Under the pieces are notes generated by a model. That model did not search any database and was not told the origin of the DNA. It saw only the letters and a program-made list of their open reading frames with translations. From NCBI GenBank assembly GCA_025594325.1, contig JANHCV010000004.1, forward strand, positions 1 through 64,000: a stretch of DNA of 64,000 nt, read 5' to 3'. This document shows, in pieces, positions 12,524 to 26,681 of the stretch. Positions within the stretch are counted from its first letter, which is position 1, and every line of letters begins with the position of its first letter. Source of the stretch: Blastocladiella emersonii ATCC 22665. Lineage: Eukaryota; Fungi; Blastocladiomycota. The position numbers were made by a program, and so were the translations under genes.

Positions 12524-15500
12524 TCAGTTGAAAATCTTGACGGCCTTCTCGAGGCCAGCCACGAGTCGACTGGCGCGTCGCTGCGGGTGGTCCAGGGCCA
12601 GGCCGAGCGTCGTGTTGAACGAAATGGCTGAGGGGGTGGTAGCCACTTCGGGGCCAGCTGCTGGGTCGGGTGAGGGCGCGGCGACGGCGAGTGCTGGCGA
12701 GAGGAGCAGGAGCTGGCTAAGGTCGTCGTCCTCGGCAACTTCACGGGTTTCCGAGTCCAGAATGCTCCCCACGGTCATGATGCGGACGGTAACCTTGCTC
12801 ATCTCCTTGTCGCTGTATCCGAGGTACAGCTGCAGCCGAGCCTTGGTCTGGCCGAACGGTTCCTTGTCCAGGAGCGGGAACTTGAAGGGAGTGCCATGGG
12901 CGGCAGTCGGCAAGCGGGCGATGTGGGTGACGGTAAGGGTGTGGGCAGGAGCACGGTCCGTCGCAGGGAGAAGCTGGGCCACGATCGTCGAGTACTCCGG
13001 AATCATGTTGAGCTGCTCGGTGCCAGAAAACTCGCGGGTGATGCGACTGCCAAAGGTCTCGAAGAGGCGAAGGCGGATGCGGTCGGCGGGTGCAATGGCG
13101 AGTTTCTCGGCGACTGCAGTGGCGAGGTCTGCCGTTGTCGAGCTCTTTGGGACCATGATCTCAACCGTCTCCTCCTTACCTGGCACGAGGCAGGTCATTT
13201 TGAGCACGCGCTTCGACTCGAGTTCCGTCAGGGACATGGACAGCACCTCGTAGAGAATGACGCCCGCAATACCGGTGGCGTGCCGGGACATGAAAGCGGG
13301 CGAAAAGTGGTTCGTGCCGAGCATCTCCGACAGGGTGACGTTGGGCCCGCGGCGAATCACAGACCGCGGCGCCTCATTCGCAATGAAGGTCGATGTGAGG
13401 CGGAGCTTGTGCGGATCGCCCACGCCCAGCGACCGCGCGAGGATGGTAGCCACGTCATCGTAGGCCGTCTTCTTGCTCATCGTGAGTCGAATGTCCGTGG
13501 ATCCACTGGCCGCAGGACTCGTAACGGGGCTGTCCCGCGCGGCCGCCTGGGATTTGGGCTTGAAGACTACGTCAATCTTGTTGACCAGGAAGTCGTAGTA
13601 CTCGGGTACGGTGCGAACCCATCCTGGATTGGCACCCACGGCATCCGCCGCGGGCGTTTCGACCTGGACTGCGAGGATGTCGCCGTCCATGAGCTCCTCG
13701 TCCTTCCACGTAGATTTGATCTTGACTGGCTGGACCATTTCGCGATGGACTTCCTCATAAACACGAAGCTTCGTGCTGGGAGGGAGCCCGGCGAGGGTAC
13801 AGGCAGCTGGAAGCGCATCCTTGATTTGAGCATGGCGGTCCACGAGAAGGTGTCCGGCGATGCGCATCGTCTGGGTGGCCACATCGAGGATCTTGACAAA
13901 GACCAGAATCACGCCGTGCTTGCTGTGACCATGGCCGTGGCTGTGACTGCGATCGGCCGCGGCCTTGGCGACCTGAACAGCGGTAGGCGGGAACCAAACA
14001 CCCTCAGCAACAGGCGATGCGGCCACCTCGCAGTACACAAGAAGTTCGTATTCTGTCCCGGTGACGGCCGCATGGCGTTTCCGGATTGCGTCAAGGGTAA
14101 GGGTGTCGTCCTCGATTGTGAAAACATTTTCGCCATCGGGGCGCACAGTCTTGTTCTCGCGGCCAGTGAGAGCCCAGAAGCGAAGCTGGTCGGGCGCGAC
14201 ACCTAGATGCTGGGCGTATGTGATGTGCACGTCGCGCCATGTCGTCTCGAGTTTGTTGAAGCGCTGCTGCCATTCCGAAGAAGTTGGCGAAAAGGACCAC
14301 AGATCAAAGTCCGCGTGCGGGCGAATGGTTGCGTCGTCAATGATGCGCACGGTAAGCATGAACTCGCGCTCGCGGATGACGCGCTCCTTTTCCTCTCGCT
14401 CGAGACGTTCGCGCTCCAGCTGTTCCAGAATTGCCGAGGGGACGTCACCCTCCGTAACGTCGCAGAGAACCTTGTCGTAGTCGCTCTCTCTGATGTAGAC
14501 GAGCATGTAAGCGTTTGTGAACCGTTTGTGGATGATGCCACGCGAAGCGCCAAGACGGTTCATGGTGCGAGTCCCCGGCGGAACGGGATACTCGCCGCCG
14601 AAGTTGTCCTCGGTCACCTCCTTTTGAGTCACGGGAATAACCTTGTCGTCGTCAAACTTGAACCACTTGTTGGCGCGCGAAGGGCGGACAAAGGCGCAGT
14701 AGTGCCCGGCGTCGACGCTGCCCGAGTGAACAAGAACGCCGTGGAGGTGGTATTTGTGCGAAACCGGGGCAGCAGCGTCCGCCTGGTCATAACCGTCGTC
14801 CGTGAGGAAGTCGTCCAGCTCGAGCACTAGCGGGAACTCGTAGCGGTCGTTGATCTTGACCATGGCGTCGCGCATGAAGTCGTACTCGAAGCGTTTGAGC
14901 TGGAGGTGAAGCACGGGCGGGAACTTGGTGAAGACGACACCCTTCTTGGCGTCCTGAAGCCCGTGGCCCTCGGCCATGTACTTGTTGTCGCCCTCGAGCG
15001 TTTCGACCTGGATGTAATCGCGGAACGAGTCCTGGACGGTCTTCATGCCCTTGACGTTGAGCTGAATGTCGTAGAAATCCTCGATGCGCGACGACTCGTA
15101 GTCGACATTGACGCACTTGATGTACGACGTCATCTTCCCGACGAAGAGCCAAGGAATCATGCCGTCGGCCGGGGTTCCCTTCATCTTCTCCTCGAGGTTA
15201 TCGCACAGGACGCGCAAAAACTCCTGCACATCGTGCTGCGCAAAGGCGTCGGCCGTGTTCCAGCCAAAAGACTTGGTCAGCTCATTGGTCTCGACGGCGT
15301 CATCCTGGGTCTGCATGAAGTAGAACAGGCGCTGCAGAGCACCAGTGACGCTGCGATTGTCCGAGGCCCCGCCGTCGCCCGGCGGGAGGGGGATCTGGTA
15401 CACGGCGCGCCGAAAGTAGTTGGTGCAGTAAAGCGACTGCAGGATGCTGTTCATGTAGCACGTGGCGCCCTGGTTACGAAGGCCGACGAAGCCGGTGAAG

Positions 15501-16364
15501 CGCTTCGAGTCGTAGTCCTTGAACGAGTGGAACATGACACCGGTCTCGTCATGGAGAATGCGGACGAAAGCAACGAGTTCGGTACGATCATTGACCACGT
15601 ACTTGGGCAGCTCGGCAAGCGGAACGAAGTTTCCAAAGCCCCAGTCGAGCTCAATCTCGCCAAAGCGGTGCGAGGACCACTGGCAATGGAACGTGGCCGG
15701 ATCATCGGGGTGGGCAATGCCGAGGACAAAGTCAGCGCACACGGCCTCGTCCTGTTTCTTCTCCGGCCAGTCGAGTTGCAGGTACATGGACAGGCGATCC
15801 GAGCCGTTGCCGTTAGGGAAGAGCAGGATGCGCCATTTGTGGCCGCTGCAGTCGGTGGGCTCGCTCAAAACCTTGCCCTCCTTGCGAAGGTCAGTCCACG
15901 ATTCCACGGACCAGCGGAGCTCCGTCTCGGAGACGACCTTGAAGTCGCGGCCCTGCTCCTCAAAGTGCTTGCGCGCGCGCTCATGGAGCGTGACCACGGC
16001 TACAAGGAAAAGGTCGCACTTTGTGAGAAGATCGACCTAGTCGCCGATCCCGCGTGCGCGGCCAAGACAATGTGACAACCGTACCAGCAGAAGCGTCAGA
16101 TGCGGCATCAGCAGGAAGGGGCTGGGTCAGCTGGCTCGCCGGTAGCGTGTCGATCTCGTCGTAACTGGGCTAAGGACGAGGAGGCGTTGGCAACAACCGT
16201 GAGCGTTTTGCTTTGCAACGCGTAATCGAGCGAGGGTGAGCCGCCTGCCTGTGCGAGGCAGGGAAGACCATCACCCCCGCTTGCCTGTGCACGGGTGAAC
16301 GTACTGGGGCTGTCTGCGCAGCGCGAGGGGACATGTCCGGGCTCGGAGGTCCGTCGGTCGACAT
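12524..16364 (-). CDS. UBP15: Ubiquitin C-terminal hydrolase USP7/Ubp15 (MATH + UCH + UBL repeats)
   Basis: MATH domain WRILLFPNGN...DWGF, Cys box GLRNQGATCYMNS, QHDVQEF and His box HSGSVDAGHY. Two short 5' exons splice into ORF 12524..15997. Confidence 0.97.
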
Positions 16365-16684
16365 GGTCGGTTGGCGGTGCGTGTTCAATGGAAGCTGGAC
16401 TGGCTGCGAGAGTTGGGAAGGGTTCGCTCCGTGTTGCTGGTAGTAAAATGCTTCGTGGTTGCGGCGCGCGCGCAGAATGGTATCGTGGCTCCGAGGGCGG
16501 TGGTGCGACGACGAGGACGGCTGCCGCTGGCCGGCCAGCTACCGCGACGGAGGCGCAACGTGACGTGACGATCGGCCTCGTGATGCCCTCGCACTCGCCT
16601 GTCTCTCGCAGACTCGCTCCTTCCTTCGCTCGTCCCTCGACCCTGCCGCGCACGCAAACACATGAATCTGGCCTGAAATCAGCC

Positions 16685-18530
16685 ATGCTCACACCGCACT
16701 TCTCCGTCTCGCAAGACGACGAGAAGCTGACGCTGCTCATCAAGTGCCCCCACGTCCGGGCCTCGTCGGTCGAGACACTTGTCAGCGGCACCAACTTTCG
16801 CTTCCACTGCAAGCCCTACTTTCTCTCCCTCCATTTTGACCACGAACTTCAGCCCGACCACGACGAGGAGCATCCGGACCACGGCGTGGGCCTTGGAGCT
16901 TCTCCGCACCCGCGGCCCTCTGCGACTTATGACCCTGCGAGCGGATTCTTTACGTTCCTGCTCCCCAAGCGGGCTCCTGGAACCCACTTTGCCGACCTAG
17001 ACCTCGTGGCCTCGCTGCTTTCAAGCAGGCGGTCTGCCGTCCAGCTCCCCACAACGAGCAGCGATGCGACCACCAATATGCCCCTCTCGGCCTCCTCCAC
17101 CGCGCGCCGCCCGCTGATTCAGGAGCTGGACGATTCCGGCACGCCTTACGATCGCATTGTGTGCGACACCGAGAGCATCGACGACCACCAGGGCGAGGAC
17201 GACGAAGGCGAGGACGACTGGGAATGGGAGCAGCACCCCCAAGATTTGAACAGCGGTGGTGAACCGTCGCTCCTCGGTTACAAGTACGGCTTTGGGAACA
17301 ACTTCTCTGGCGTCTTTGCTGCACATCAGGAGGATCTCCATGATCTCCTGGACATTCCCGACCCGGACTCGACCTCCGTATCCGACCGGCGCCAGTCCCG
17401 TTTGCTTCGCGAAGATGCTGAGTTCGACGAGGACCATTACATGTACGTCGAGTGAAATAACTGTGCTAGCGAACGTTCTGTTAACAATCTTCGCACGTGC
17501 GCTTCAGGCAGTCACTCGTTGAGGACGAAGGGCTTGTTCGCTCCCTGCTCGATTTTCGTGCGTGGTGGGACAAACTATCTCAGCTTGACACTCGGTCAGG
17601 CCTTGTCGGAGATGTCCGTTGTATTGCAGAGCAGATGCGCGTCCTAGACCTTGAAGGCTCGACCGACGCCAATCCTCCACGTTCAGCGGTTACCAGTGCC
17701 TTTCTACTGCCCGCCCAGGTCGACTTGAGTGAGGAGGAGCAGAAGCGCCTCGTTCGGCTTGCAACGCGTTCGGTTGTCGTGACCACTGCCGAACGGCCTC
17801 GCCAGCTTCTCGCACTCCTTGACATAATGCTTGGATTTTCGTTTGCCTGGCGCTGTGACGAGGGAGATCCCTCGGTTGAGCACGCCTGGTGTTTCTCCAA
17901 ACTCGCTGCGACCCTGTCAGGGATGGAGGTGTGTATATCGCGGACGCTCGTCCGGAGGTCAGGTCCCCAAGCACTCACTGACATCTTCATTGTTTTGACC
18001 ACGCTTAGACGTTTTCGACGCCCAACAGCGTTCTGACAAGCTTTACTCGGCGTGCGCTTGCGTATCCCCTCTACCGTCACCGGGACCTGGTCCGCCGCGC
18101 CGCACGCGATGCCCTTGTCCTCCTCGTCGTTGGTGGGCGTCGCGGCACCCTCAAGGCGCTGCTCTCCATCCACGCTGCACTGGAGCGGGACGAGGTGCGA
18201 TGGCCGTTCAACACGCTGTGGATCGAGCCCCTGATCCAGTGGCTTGTTCAGCCGCGAACGTGGACCGACGCCAAGTGGACCCGATCGTGGGCCAAGCTGC
18301 TCGACCTTGCGTCGCTGGCCAAGGAGAATCCTGGGACGACGGACTGGGACTCAGCACGTGTCTGCTGGGAGCAGCGGGTCACGACGGCCGAGAACCAGGT
18401 GGCCTCGGCGTGGAAGCTTGACGAGTGGGACTCGCTCGCGCGCGAAATTGCCGCCGGAGATTTGGACGCCGACTCGGACGACGAGTCGGACGACACTGAT
18501 GACGACAGCCCGACGTCCGACCCCGAATGA
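16685..18530 (+). CDS. SHQ1: H/ACA snoRNP assembly factor SHQ1, multi-exon
   Basis: MLTPHFSVSQDDE...CKPYFLSLHF (CS domain), YGFGNNFSG, EDAEFDEDHY, HAWCFSKLAATLS and RRFRRP motifs. Confidence 0.93.
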
Positions 18531-18701
18531 GCGAGGTAGTCGACAAGAATGTAGTTGATCCATTGCGGCGGGACCCGAATTAGGTCTCTACCCGGGTGCG
18601 CAGTTGCCTCGTGAGTAGATACAAAAGAATATCTTTAAACAAACCGTGGGACAAAGTGAGTGTATGGCTATAGGACGAGGATAGCTTGTCGAGCAGACAA
18701 G

Positions 18702-20230
18702 TTACTTCTCGAGGACGAGCTTCTTGAGGGCCTCAGTCGACATGGACTTGGGGCGCTCGAGCGGCAGGCCGAGGGCGCGCGACCAGATGAGGCCCGAGAG
18801 GCAGCCGAGGGCGCGCGACACGCCAAAGAGGACCGTGTAGTAGTCCTGCTCGACGAGACCGTAGTGCTGGAGGAGGACACCCGAGTGGGCATCGACGTTG
18901 GGCCAGGGGTTCTTAGTCTTGCCGTGCTCGGTGAGGACGCCGGGGACGATGTTGTAGAGCTGCGAAACGAGCTGGAACATGGGGTCCTGGGGCAGGTGCT
19001 TGATGGCAAACTCGCGCTGGCACGTGTAGCGCGGGTCGGTCTTGCGGAGCACGGCGTGGCCGTAGCCGGGCACGACCTGGCCCGACTTGAGCGTCTTCCA
19101 AATGTACTCCTTGATGGCGGCGTCGGACGTGTCGGCGCCAAGCTCGTCCTTCATCTTGAGGATCCAGCGGAGCACCTCCTGGTTGGCGAGGCCGTGGAGC
19201 GGGCCGGCGAGGCCGTTGAGGGCGGCCGAGAAGGAGAGGTAGGGGTCCGAGAGGGCCGAGCCGACGAGGTGCGACGTGTGGGCCGAGACGTTGCCGCCCT
19301 CGTGGTCCGAGTGGATGGTCATGTAGAGGCGCATGAGCTCGACAAACTTGGGGTCGTTGAAGCCGAGCAGGCGGGCGAAATTGGCCGACCAGTCGAGGGT
19401 CGGGTCGACGGCGGGGAGCTTGCCGTCCTTGTACACGTTGCGGTAGATGCGGGCGGCGACGACGGGCAGCTTGGCAATCAGGTCCATGGAGTCCTCGAAC
19501 ACGTACTGCCAGTACGTGGACTTGTGGACGCCCTGGTTGTAGGCCTTGGCGAAGGCCGACTCGGACTGCAGGGCCGTCACGGCGAGCGAGAACTGCGACA
19601 TGGGGTGCAGGGTGTTGGGGCAGCGGTCAATGATGTCCTCGACGTGCGAGGGCAGGGCAGAGCGCGCGGCCCACTCGGCCGAGATGGCGGCCACCTGCTC
19701 CTGGGTCGGGACCTCGCCCGTGATGAGGAGGTAGAAGAGGGCCTCAGGCAGGGGCTCGGCGCCGCCGGGGCCCTTGGGGAGCAGCTTCTGGCACTCGGGG
19801 ATGGTGAGGCCGCGGAAGCGGATGCCCTCGTCCGCGTCGAGGACCGAGCCCTCCCAGATGAGGCCCTTGATGCCGCGCATGCCGCCGTAGACCATGTCGA
19901 CCGTGACGGTGCCGACGGCCGCGTCGCCGTGCTTGGCGCGGAACTCCTTGATCTCGGCCTGCTTCTCGGGGATCAGCTCCGTGAGGCGCTCCTTGAGGGT
20001 CTTGGGCTTGGCCGTGGCGAAGGCGCGCATCGCCGAGGCGAAGGTCGGCTAGCGGCGGCGGGGGGTATGTGATGGGCGTCAGCATGCGGGCGGCGTCGGG
20101 TCGGCCGCTGCCGCTGCCGCTGCCGCCGCGACAGGGTGGTGCGCGCGGCGGCAGGGCGGGCAGGCGGGCGGGCAGACGGGCGGCGCACCTTGGCCGAGCG
20201 CGCGAGCGACGTGCGTGCGAGCGAATACAT
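18702..20230 (-). CDS. CIT1: Mitochondrial citrate synthase
   Basis: [36 protein letters not shown] and WPNVDAHSG motifs. The targeting exon [14 protein letters not shown] is spliced to [10 protein letters not shown]. Confidence 0.98.
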
Positions 20231-20767
20231 TGGTTGGAGGGCGTGGTGTCGTCGGGGCAGCAGCGCGGGGGAGAGAGAGGGGATCGATCGGGGCGGCCGC
20301 CTTTGTTTGCTTGGTCGCGAGCGTGAATCCCTGGACCGGACCGGACCCGGCGCCGGCTATCTCCCAATCTCGCCTGCATCACCCCCAAAGGCCGCGCACG
20401 CGCGGGGATCATGACATCAGCCGACGCGGCCCGGCGCCGCTCACGCGCGCTGCCCGCCGCGCCCGTCGCGGCCCGCGCGCCGAGCCCCCATCAACGGCAG
20501 CACGTGATGCCAGCCGACGAGCACGCCGCGGCGCTCACAGCAGCGCGCGGTCGGCCGCCGGGCCCGCCGCCGCCGCCGCCGCCCCGCCCGCCGATCGCGC
20601 ACGCCGCCGAGACGCCCGCGCCCGCGTCCCGACGACGACGACCACGCGACGACGACGGCCACCCGACGCTGTCCGCACCGCACCCGCACCTGCCCGGATC
20701 GCCGCCCCCCGACTGCGCGCACCCCCCACCCCGCTGCCGCAGTCTGATCTCCCCCCTCCCGCACACC

Positions 20768-23475
20768 ATGGCTTCGCGCAAAAACATGGGCCGCGTGCCC
20801 GCCGCCGCCGCTGCCGCGAGCGACTCGAGCTCCGACGAGGAGACGGGCTTCTTCTCGCGCTCGGCCAAGGTCAAGATCACCAAGTCCAAGTGGCTCGCCA
20901 CCCGCGTCAGCGTCGACACCTCGTCCGACGACGACGACGAGTCCTCGTCCGACGACGGCATGTCCTCCTCGTCCGACGACGCCTCGGACGACTCGGACGC
21001 CGACTCGGCCGCCTCGGACGCTTCCGACTCGGACGAGGATGCGGGCGCCGAGCCCGCGCCCGCCGCCGCGAAGCCGGCGCACCGCTTCCTCAAGCCGGCC
21101 GCCGCCCCCGCTGCTGCCGACGCCGCCTCGTCCGACGAGGACTCGGACTCGGACTCGGAGGACTCGCCTTCCGACTCGGACGACTCGTACTTTGGCTCGG
21201 GCTCGGACTCGGACAGCTCGGACAGCTCGGACGACGTACGTTGACTTTGCGCTCCGTCTCTCTGCCATGCACGGTCGCCCGGCGCTAACGTCCCCGCTGC
21301 CGCGCTCTCCCCCTCTCGCGATCCGCGCCCCCCCTCTCGCTCCGGTTTGGACTCGCCCAGGACCGCCCGTCCGACCCCGCCGCTCGCCGCGCGCGCTGGC
21401 TCAAGGACGACTTTGTCAAGCCCGAGGCCACCAAGCGGACCGGCCCGGCCAGCAAGCCCGCCGCCGCCGATGTCGCCGCCCGCAACCTCGCCCCGGCCGC
21501 CCAGAAGCGCGCCGCGACCGTCGAGGACGCAACCGACGACGGCTCTACCACGGTCGGCGCGGCCGGCGCGGCCGCCGACAAGAAGGAAAAGGACGCGGCC
21601 GCCATGCTCCTGGGCGACGCCAACGCCACCAACGTCCTCGAGAAGCTCACCGAGGTCTCCATGGCCCGCGGCAAAAAGTCCACCGACCGCGAGACCATCA
21701 TTGTCGCCCTCGAGCGCCTGCTCGCCATGGCCCCGCTCCCCTTCCAGCAGATCAAGATCATCCTCGCCCTGGCCTCGTGCCACTTTGACTACCTGACCAA
21801 CAACTCGGCCTACCTCTCCTTCACCCAGTGGAAGCTCGCCGCCTCGCGCCTCGCTGCCATCCTCGAGATCCTCGAGGCCAACCCCGCCATCTCCCTGAGC
21901 GAGCACAACGACGGCGACGACGACGACGCTGCCACCGCCGCCATCAAGGAGCACGGTGCCGCCGCCGCCCCGGTCTCCATCCGCGGCTCCATTGTCGGCC
22001 CCCTCGAGCGCCTCGACGAGGAGTTCACCAAGTCCCTGTGCGCCATGGACGTGGGCACCCCCGAGTTTGCCGAGCGCCTGCGCGACCAGGTCCTCCTCTA
22101 CTCGCTCCTGCTCCGCACCGAGCTGTACGTGCGCCGCATCGGCGACAAGGACGCCACCTCCCGCACTCTCCTCCGCCGTCTCGAGCACGTCTTCAACAAG
22201 CCTGACGTCCTGACCGCTCGCCTCCACGCCGCTGTCGTGAACCAGCGCCCCGCTCTCGGCGCCCTGTCGACGTCGGTGCAGGAAATCTGCGCCCACCTGT
22301 ACCAGAACGCCTCGGATCGCCTCCGCACCCGCGCCGTCCTGTGCCACGTCTTCCACCACGCCATTCACGACCGTTTCCATGCCGCCCGCGACATGCTGCT
22401 CATGACTGGCCTCCAGGACAGCATCCGCACCGCCGACGTCGCCACCCAGGCCCTCTTCAACCGCTCCATGGCCCACCTCGGACTCTGCGCCTTCCGTCTC
22501 GGCCTCATGCGCGAGGCCCACGGCGCCCTCCACGATCTTCTTTCCCCGGGTAACCAGGTCGCTCGCGAGCTGCTCAACAACAGCACCTACCTGCTCATCA
22601 ACCTCGAGCTCGTCGAGGCCGTCTACCTCACTGCCTCCATGTTCCTCGAGATCCCCTACATGGCCGCCAACCCGCACGACCAGGGCCGCCGCCGCGTCCT
22701 GTCCAAGACCTTCCGCCGCAACTTTGAGGCCACGGAGCGTAACGCCTTCCACGGTCCCCCCGAGAACACGCGCGACCACATCATGGCCGCTGCGCGTGCC
22801 CTTCTCGGCGGCAACTGGGAGTCGGCCCATGCCCTCCTTTCGGCTGCGCGCGTCTGGGCCTTCTTCAACGGTGGCGAGACCACGGCCGCCGCTGTCCGCT
22901 CGATGCTCCGCGAGAAGGTCCAGGAGACGGCGCTCGTGACCTGGGTCCACCAGACCGCTGCCTTCTCCGAGTCCATCTCCATGGCTCACCTGACCCGGGT
23001 CTTTGCCGTGCCCGAGCCGCGCATCGCTGCTATTCTCGGCCAGCTCGTCGTGACGGGCGAGCTCCAGGGCAAGCTCGACGGCGTCAACGGTCTCCTGATC
23101 CTCAACGCCCGCCCTGCCGCCAAGGTCCAGTGGCTCACGCACCAGCTCGCCGACAAGCTCCTCGCCATCTCCGATGCGCACGACAAGATCCTCGTCAGCC
23201 GCCAGGCGAGCGAGAACCAGCAACAGTACGGCCACGCTCACGGCCACTCCAACCGCCGTGGCGAGCGCGACGGCGACAGCCGTCGTTCGGGCACGCGCGG
23301 TGGCCGTGGCACCCGTGGCGGTCGCGGCACAGGTGCTCGCGGCGCCCGTGGCGGTTCGCGGAACAGTGACCGTCCCCGCCGCGGTAACAACTCTGCGAAC
23401 GCGAACACAGCGAGCAAATCTTCTTCCTCCAACAACCAGAACGCGACCGCCGAAGCGGCGGCGGACCGAGCCTAG
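20768..23475 (+). CDS. eIF3 subunit c (Nip1)-like protein, divergent, with internal deletions (exons 20768-21235 and 21361-23475)
   Basis: ARGKKSTDR, LERLDEEFTKSL, RLRTRAVLCH, ARDMLLM, Q.LFNR, INLELVEAVYL, GPPENTRDH and PCI-domain motifs. The N-terminus is acidic. Confidence 0.9.
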
Positions 23476-23949
23476 GCTCCCATTGTGTTTGTCCATTTTT
23501 GCCCCGCACCACCATCGTTCCCCATTCTTTGATCGTTTTTTCTACCATTAGTGTTTCCCCGCCACCATTTTGAACGAAATCATGGTGTGGTTTGTTGTTG
23601 CTCGGTATGCCATGGCACGACGAGCGCGAGGCCATCTTAACACGCTCCAGTTTTTCAACCTTTCTCTCAGCCTGGCGGCGGCCTTTCAGGTAGTCAGACA
23701 GACGAGCCGCTCGCCCGCACGAGACTTCAAGCGCACTGAGTGTGAGCGGACGCATCCGCTGGTGCTGCAGCCCCGAGGAGAACTGTGACCTCATTCATCT
23801 CTCACCTGCGTAAACGTCTCCGCTTGCCCGGATCAGGAAAGAGTTTGTGTATTTGTATCGTATGTTCGTGAGGGGAAAGTGCGGCCGCAACGTTGTGCTC
23901 GCCGTCACGGACACCTCGTCATTTGCGTGCGCGGCCCAGCACGCAGCCC

Positions 23950-26681
23950 TCAATTGCGGCGGGGAATGAGACTGCTGGTCGTTCGATTGTTTGCAGCAGT
24001 CGAGTTGATGCTCATGCTGTCAACGACGAACGCCTGCAGCACATTCCATGCCTCGGAGCCCATCAAACGACCATCTTTGGACGACTTGGGTGCCATGATA
24101 GCCCGCGATGTGATCTGGTCCAGGCCGTCATTACTCTGGGTGAGGAGATGCTCGAGGGTCGGGAGAAGTGCGCTGGAATCCGTTGATCCCTGGATGGGAG
24201 GGCTCTTCTTGTCGTGGGCGACGCGACCGATCCACTTGCACGTAAACTCGCGGTCCTGGTAGACGAATGAGGGCGGCGCAAACAGACGGTCGTCACTCCG
24301 AATCACCGAGCGTAGCACGAAGTCGCGGAAGAACTCGGAGAAGGGCTCCTGCACCGCGGTCAGGACAACTATGTCCGAGCGGATAGCGACCGAACTAGCA
24401 AACGAACATGCGGATGGGTTAGCGTGGGTAAAGTGAGAGCCAGTGTCAACTTCTGAGCGGAGTTCGAATGATGAACGGAAGGGAAAAGTACGGTACCGAT
24501 CAAGATCAACAGTGTCGACAGTTGATGCGATGTTACGGAGCTTAATAGAATTGACCTGGAGGGTGCAGTCGACTAGCAGACCAACGATATCGTCATGAAG
24601 TGAGCGCCGTGCCTGGCAAATCTTTCGACGCGAGCAGACGAGCTCAATATCCCAAGCAAACAGTACGAACCTTCATGAGTGCTCACGTAGGCCACGTCGA
24701 CCACCACTTCAGGTCGGCCCAGTCCAAAGTCGCCCTCGACAGTGCGATCCGCAGAGTAAACCATCCGCCAGCGCCGCTCAAGCGAGTCGTTGGGCGCCCG
24801 AGCGTTCGCTGACCCAACCTTGCTGGGGAGACGACTGCCCATTGCTGCGCCGTCGCGGCGCTGCTTCCGCTCCTCTGCGGCAAGGGCCAGCCGGTACTGG
24901 CGTTCTGCATTAAGCTCCACCTCGGTCGGCCGCCAATCCAGCAAGGAGACGTTACGCGGCGCCTGTGGAGTAAACACGATGGCTGGAGCGTGAATGCGAG
25001 CCCAGCCAAGAAGCTCGGCGAGGCTCACTGCGTTCGCGATAGGGGCCGAGAACAGACTCGGTGCCGAGGCACCTACCCGTTTGCCCCTGCTACTCCCGCC
25101 GCCGAGTGCCTCGTCAGCAGTGTCAACGTCCCGCGGCGTGTACAGTGAGAAGTAGCCGACAGTGGTCTCAATAGAGATTTCTGGTGTCGTGGGCGCGTTC
25201 GAGGTTGAGCTGGACTGACGATGAGCTGGGAGGCGCGACAAGTAGTGCTCAACGCTCGATTTGTGGACGTTTAAGAAGTCCGCAGGGGAGGTCACTTGGG
25301 TAAAGAGCGGCGCGGGCCTACAGTGGAGTTGGAACGAACATTGCCCCAGAACATTCGGGGAAGTGGGTGAGTTGCGTTCGGGGTGGAAGGAAAGGTGACT
25401 AAAACGCACGCGACAGCAGTTTGAGGTGGCCCAACAAGCAGCGAATGGTGGCCTGGGGCATCGAGGCGCGCGCGCGTTGGAGGTTGGACAGGAACAACCG
25501 ACCAGGGCGTGACGCCATCGAGGAGACGCGATTCAGCCCAGTGCGGCTCTGCAAAGGGCATGAAAGCGTAAGCGGGTTCGTCGATGGGTGCACGCGAGAC
25601 AACCGAGACCGAGTGCCAGCGCGTATCTTGGAACATGTCCCAGACAGAGCGAACGAGTTGCTTCGCCATGGAGAGATTGACGAGACTCGTGGCGGTGATC
25701 TGCAGCTGGTTGCCATGCTCCTCCATGTAGACACTGCATTGCCGCATGATGCGCTGCATAAACTTGTTGGCAGTCATGAAGTACCGATGAAGCTGCTTGG
25801 CCTCCATCGGAATCGTCATGGAGGACTCTTTGTATTGCTACGGTTGCAAAGAGGGGCGGGGGGGGGGATAATCCATTGTCAGTATCTCGAAAAAGGCCGC
25901 ACGAATCGTTTGGATCGTTTGGACAGACGATGAAGGTCTGGAGCGAGAAGAAAATGTTGCCACGAACCAGCATTGAACGGAGCTGCGCGACCGTCTTCTT
26001 CATACCGGCTCCCGAGCCGCGGAGGATAAGCTTCTGGCTCGCGGCATCGATTTTGATTCGCACGCCACCCTGGAGCATGAGACTGCGGATAGTTTCGCCG
26101 TAGCCGTGAACAAAGAAGAGGTCGCGGTCCGAGCACGGAATGTCCAAAGTACCGACGGCCTGGTCGGGGATCGCATTGACCTTGGCCATGACCGGGTCAG
26201 TCTCAGACAGGGCCGGATCGAGCACGCCGAGCCCCCAGACACCGCGGAGGATGGCTTCGATGAGAACAGGCTTCGTAACCTTGGTCTTTGGACCCAGGTA
26301 GGTGCCAGCGGGCAGAATGCCACAGAGAGTTGCTGGCGTCCCGTGTTCGCGCAGGTAAGCCACGATTTGGGCCTTCGTAAAGCTCGCGGAAAGCTTTCGC
26401 GAGAGTTTCGCAAAGGATGCAGGGCTCAGGCTCGACTCGCGCGGCCGAAGCGTTCCAATCACATCGCTGTCCATAGGTACTTCATTGGCGGCGGGGTCCG
26501 CAAAGGCTAGTCGGCGCGTCGAGTGCAGCCGGTGATGCGACGTCCATATGGCCGGGGAGGGCAGCGGGGACAGCGGGGAGAGCGGGAACAGCCGGGAGGA
26601 GCATGGCCTCACGACCGCGGACCACTGGAGTCGCGGAGCCCGCAAAAGCGGGCGGACGGGGCCAAGAAGCGCTCGAATCAT
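23950..26681 (-). CDS. SLS1-like mitochondrial membrane regulator, multi-exon
   Basis: Presequence-like start MIRALLGPVRPLLR. LSASFTKAQIVAYL...KPVLIEAILRGVWGL resembles the SLS1 N-domain and is followed by KH-like DRDLFFVHG segments. Confidence 0.65.

Noticed and set aside
20491-23496. Long antisense or alternative-frame ORFs (e.g. 20491-23496, 30678-34487, 61047-63440, 18660-20072, 57574-59118)
   Set aside because: These are shadow ORFs opposite real genes with strong GC3 bias. They have no domain motifs and are Arg/Gly/Ala-rich.
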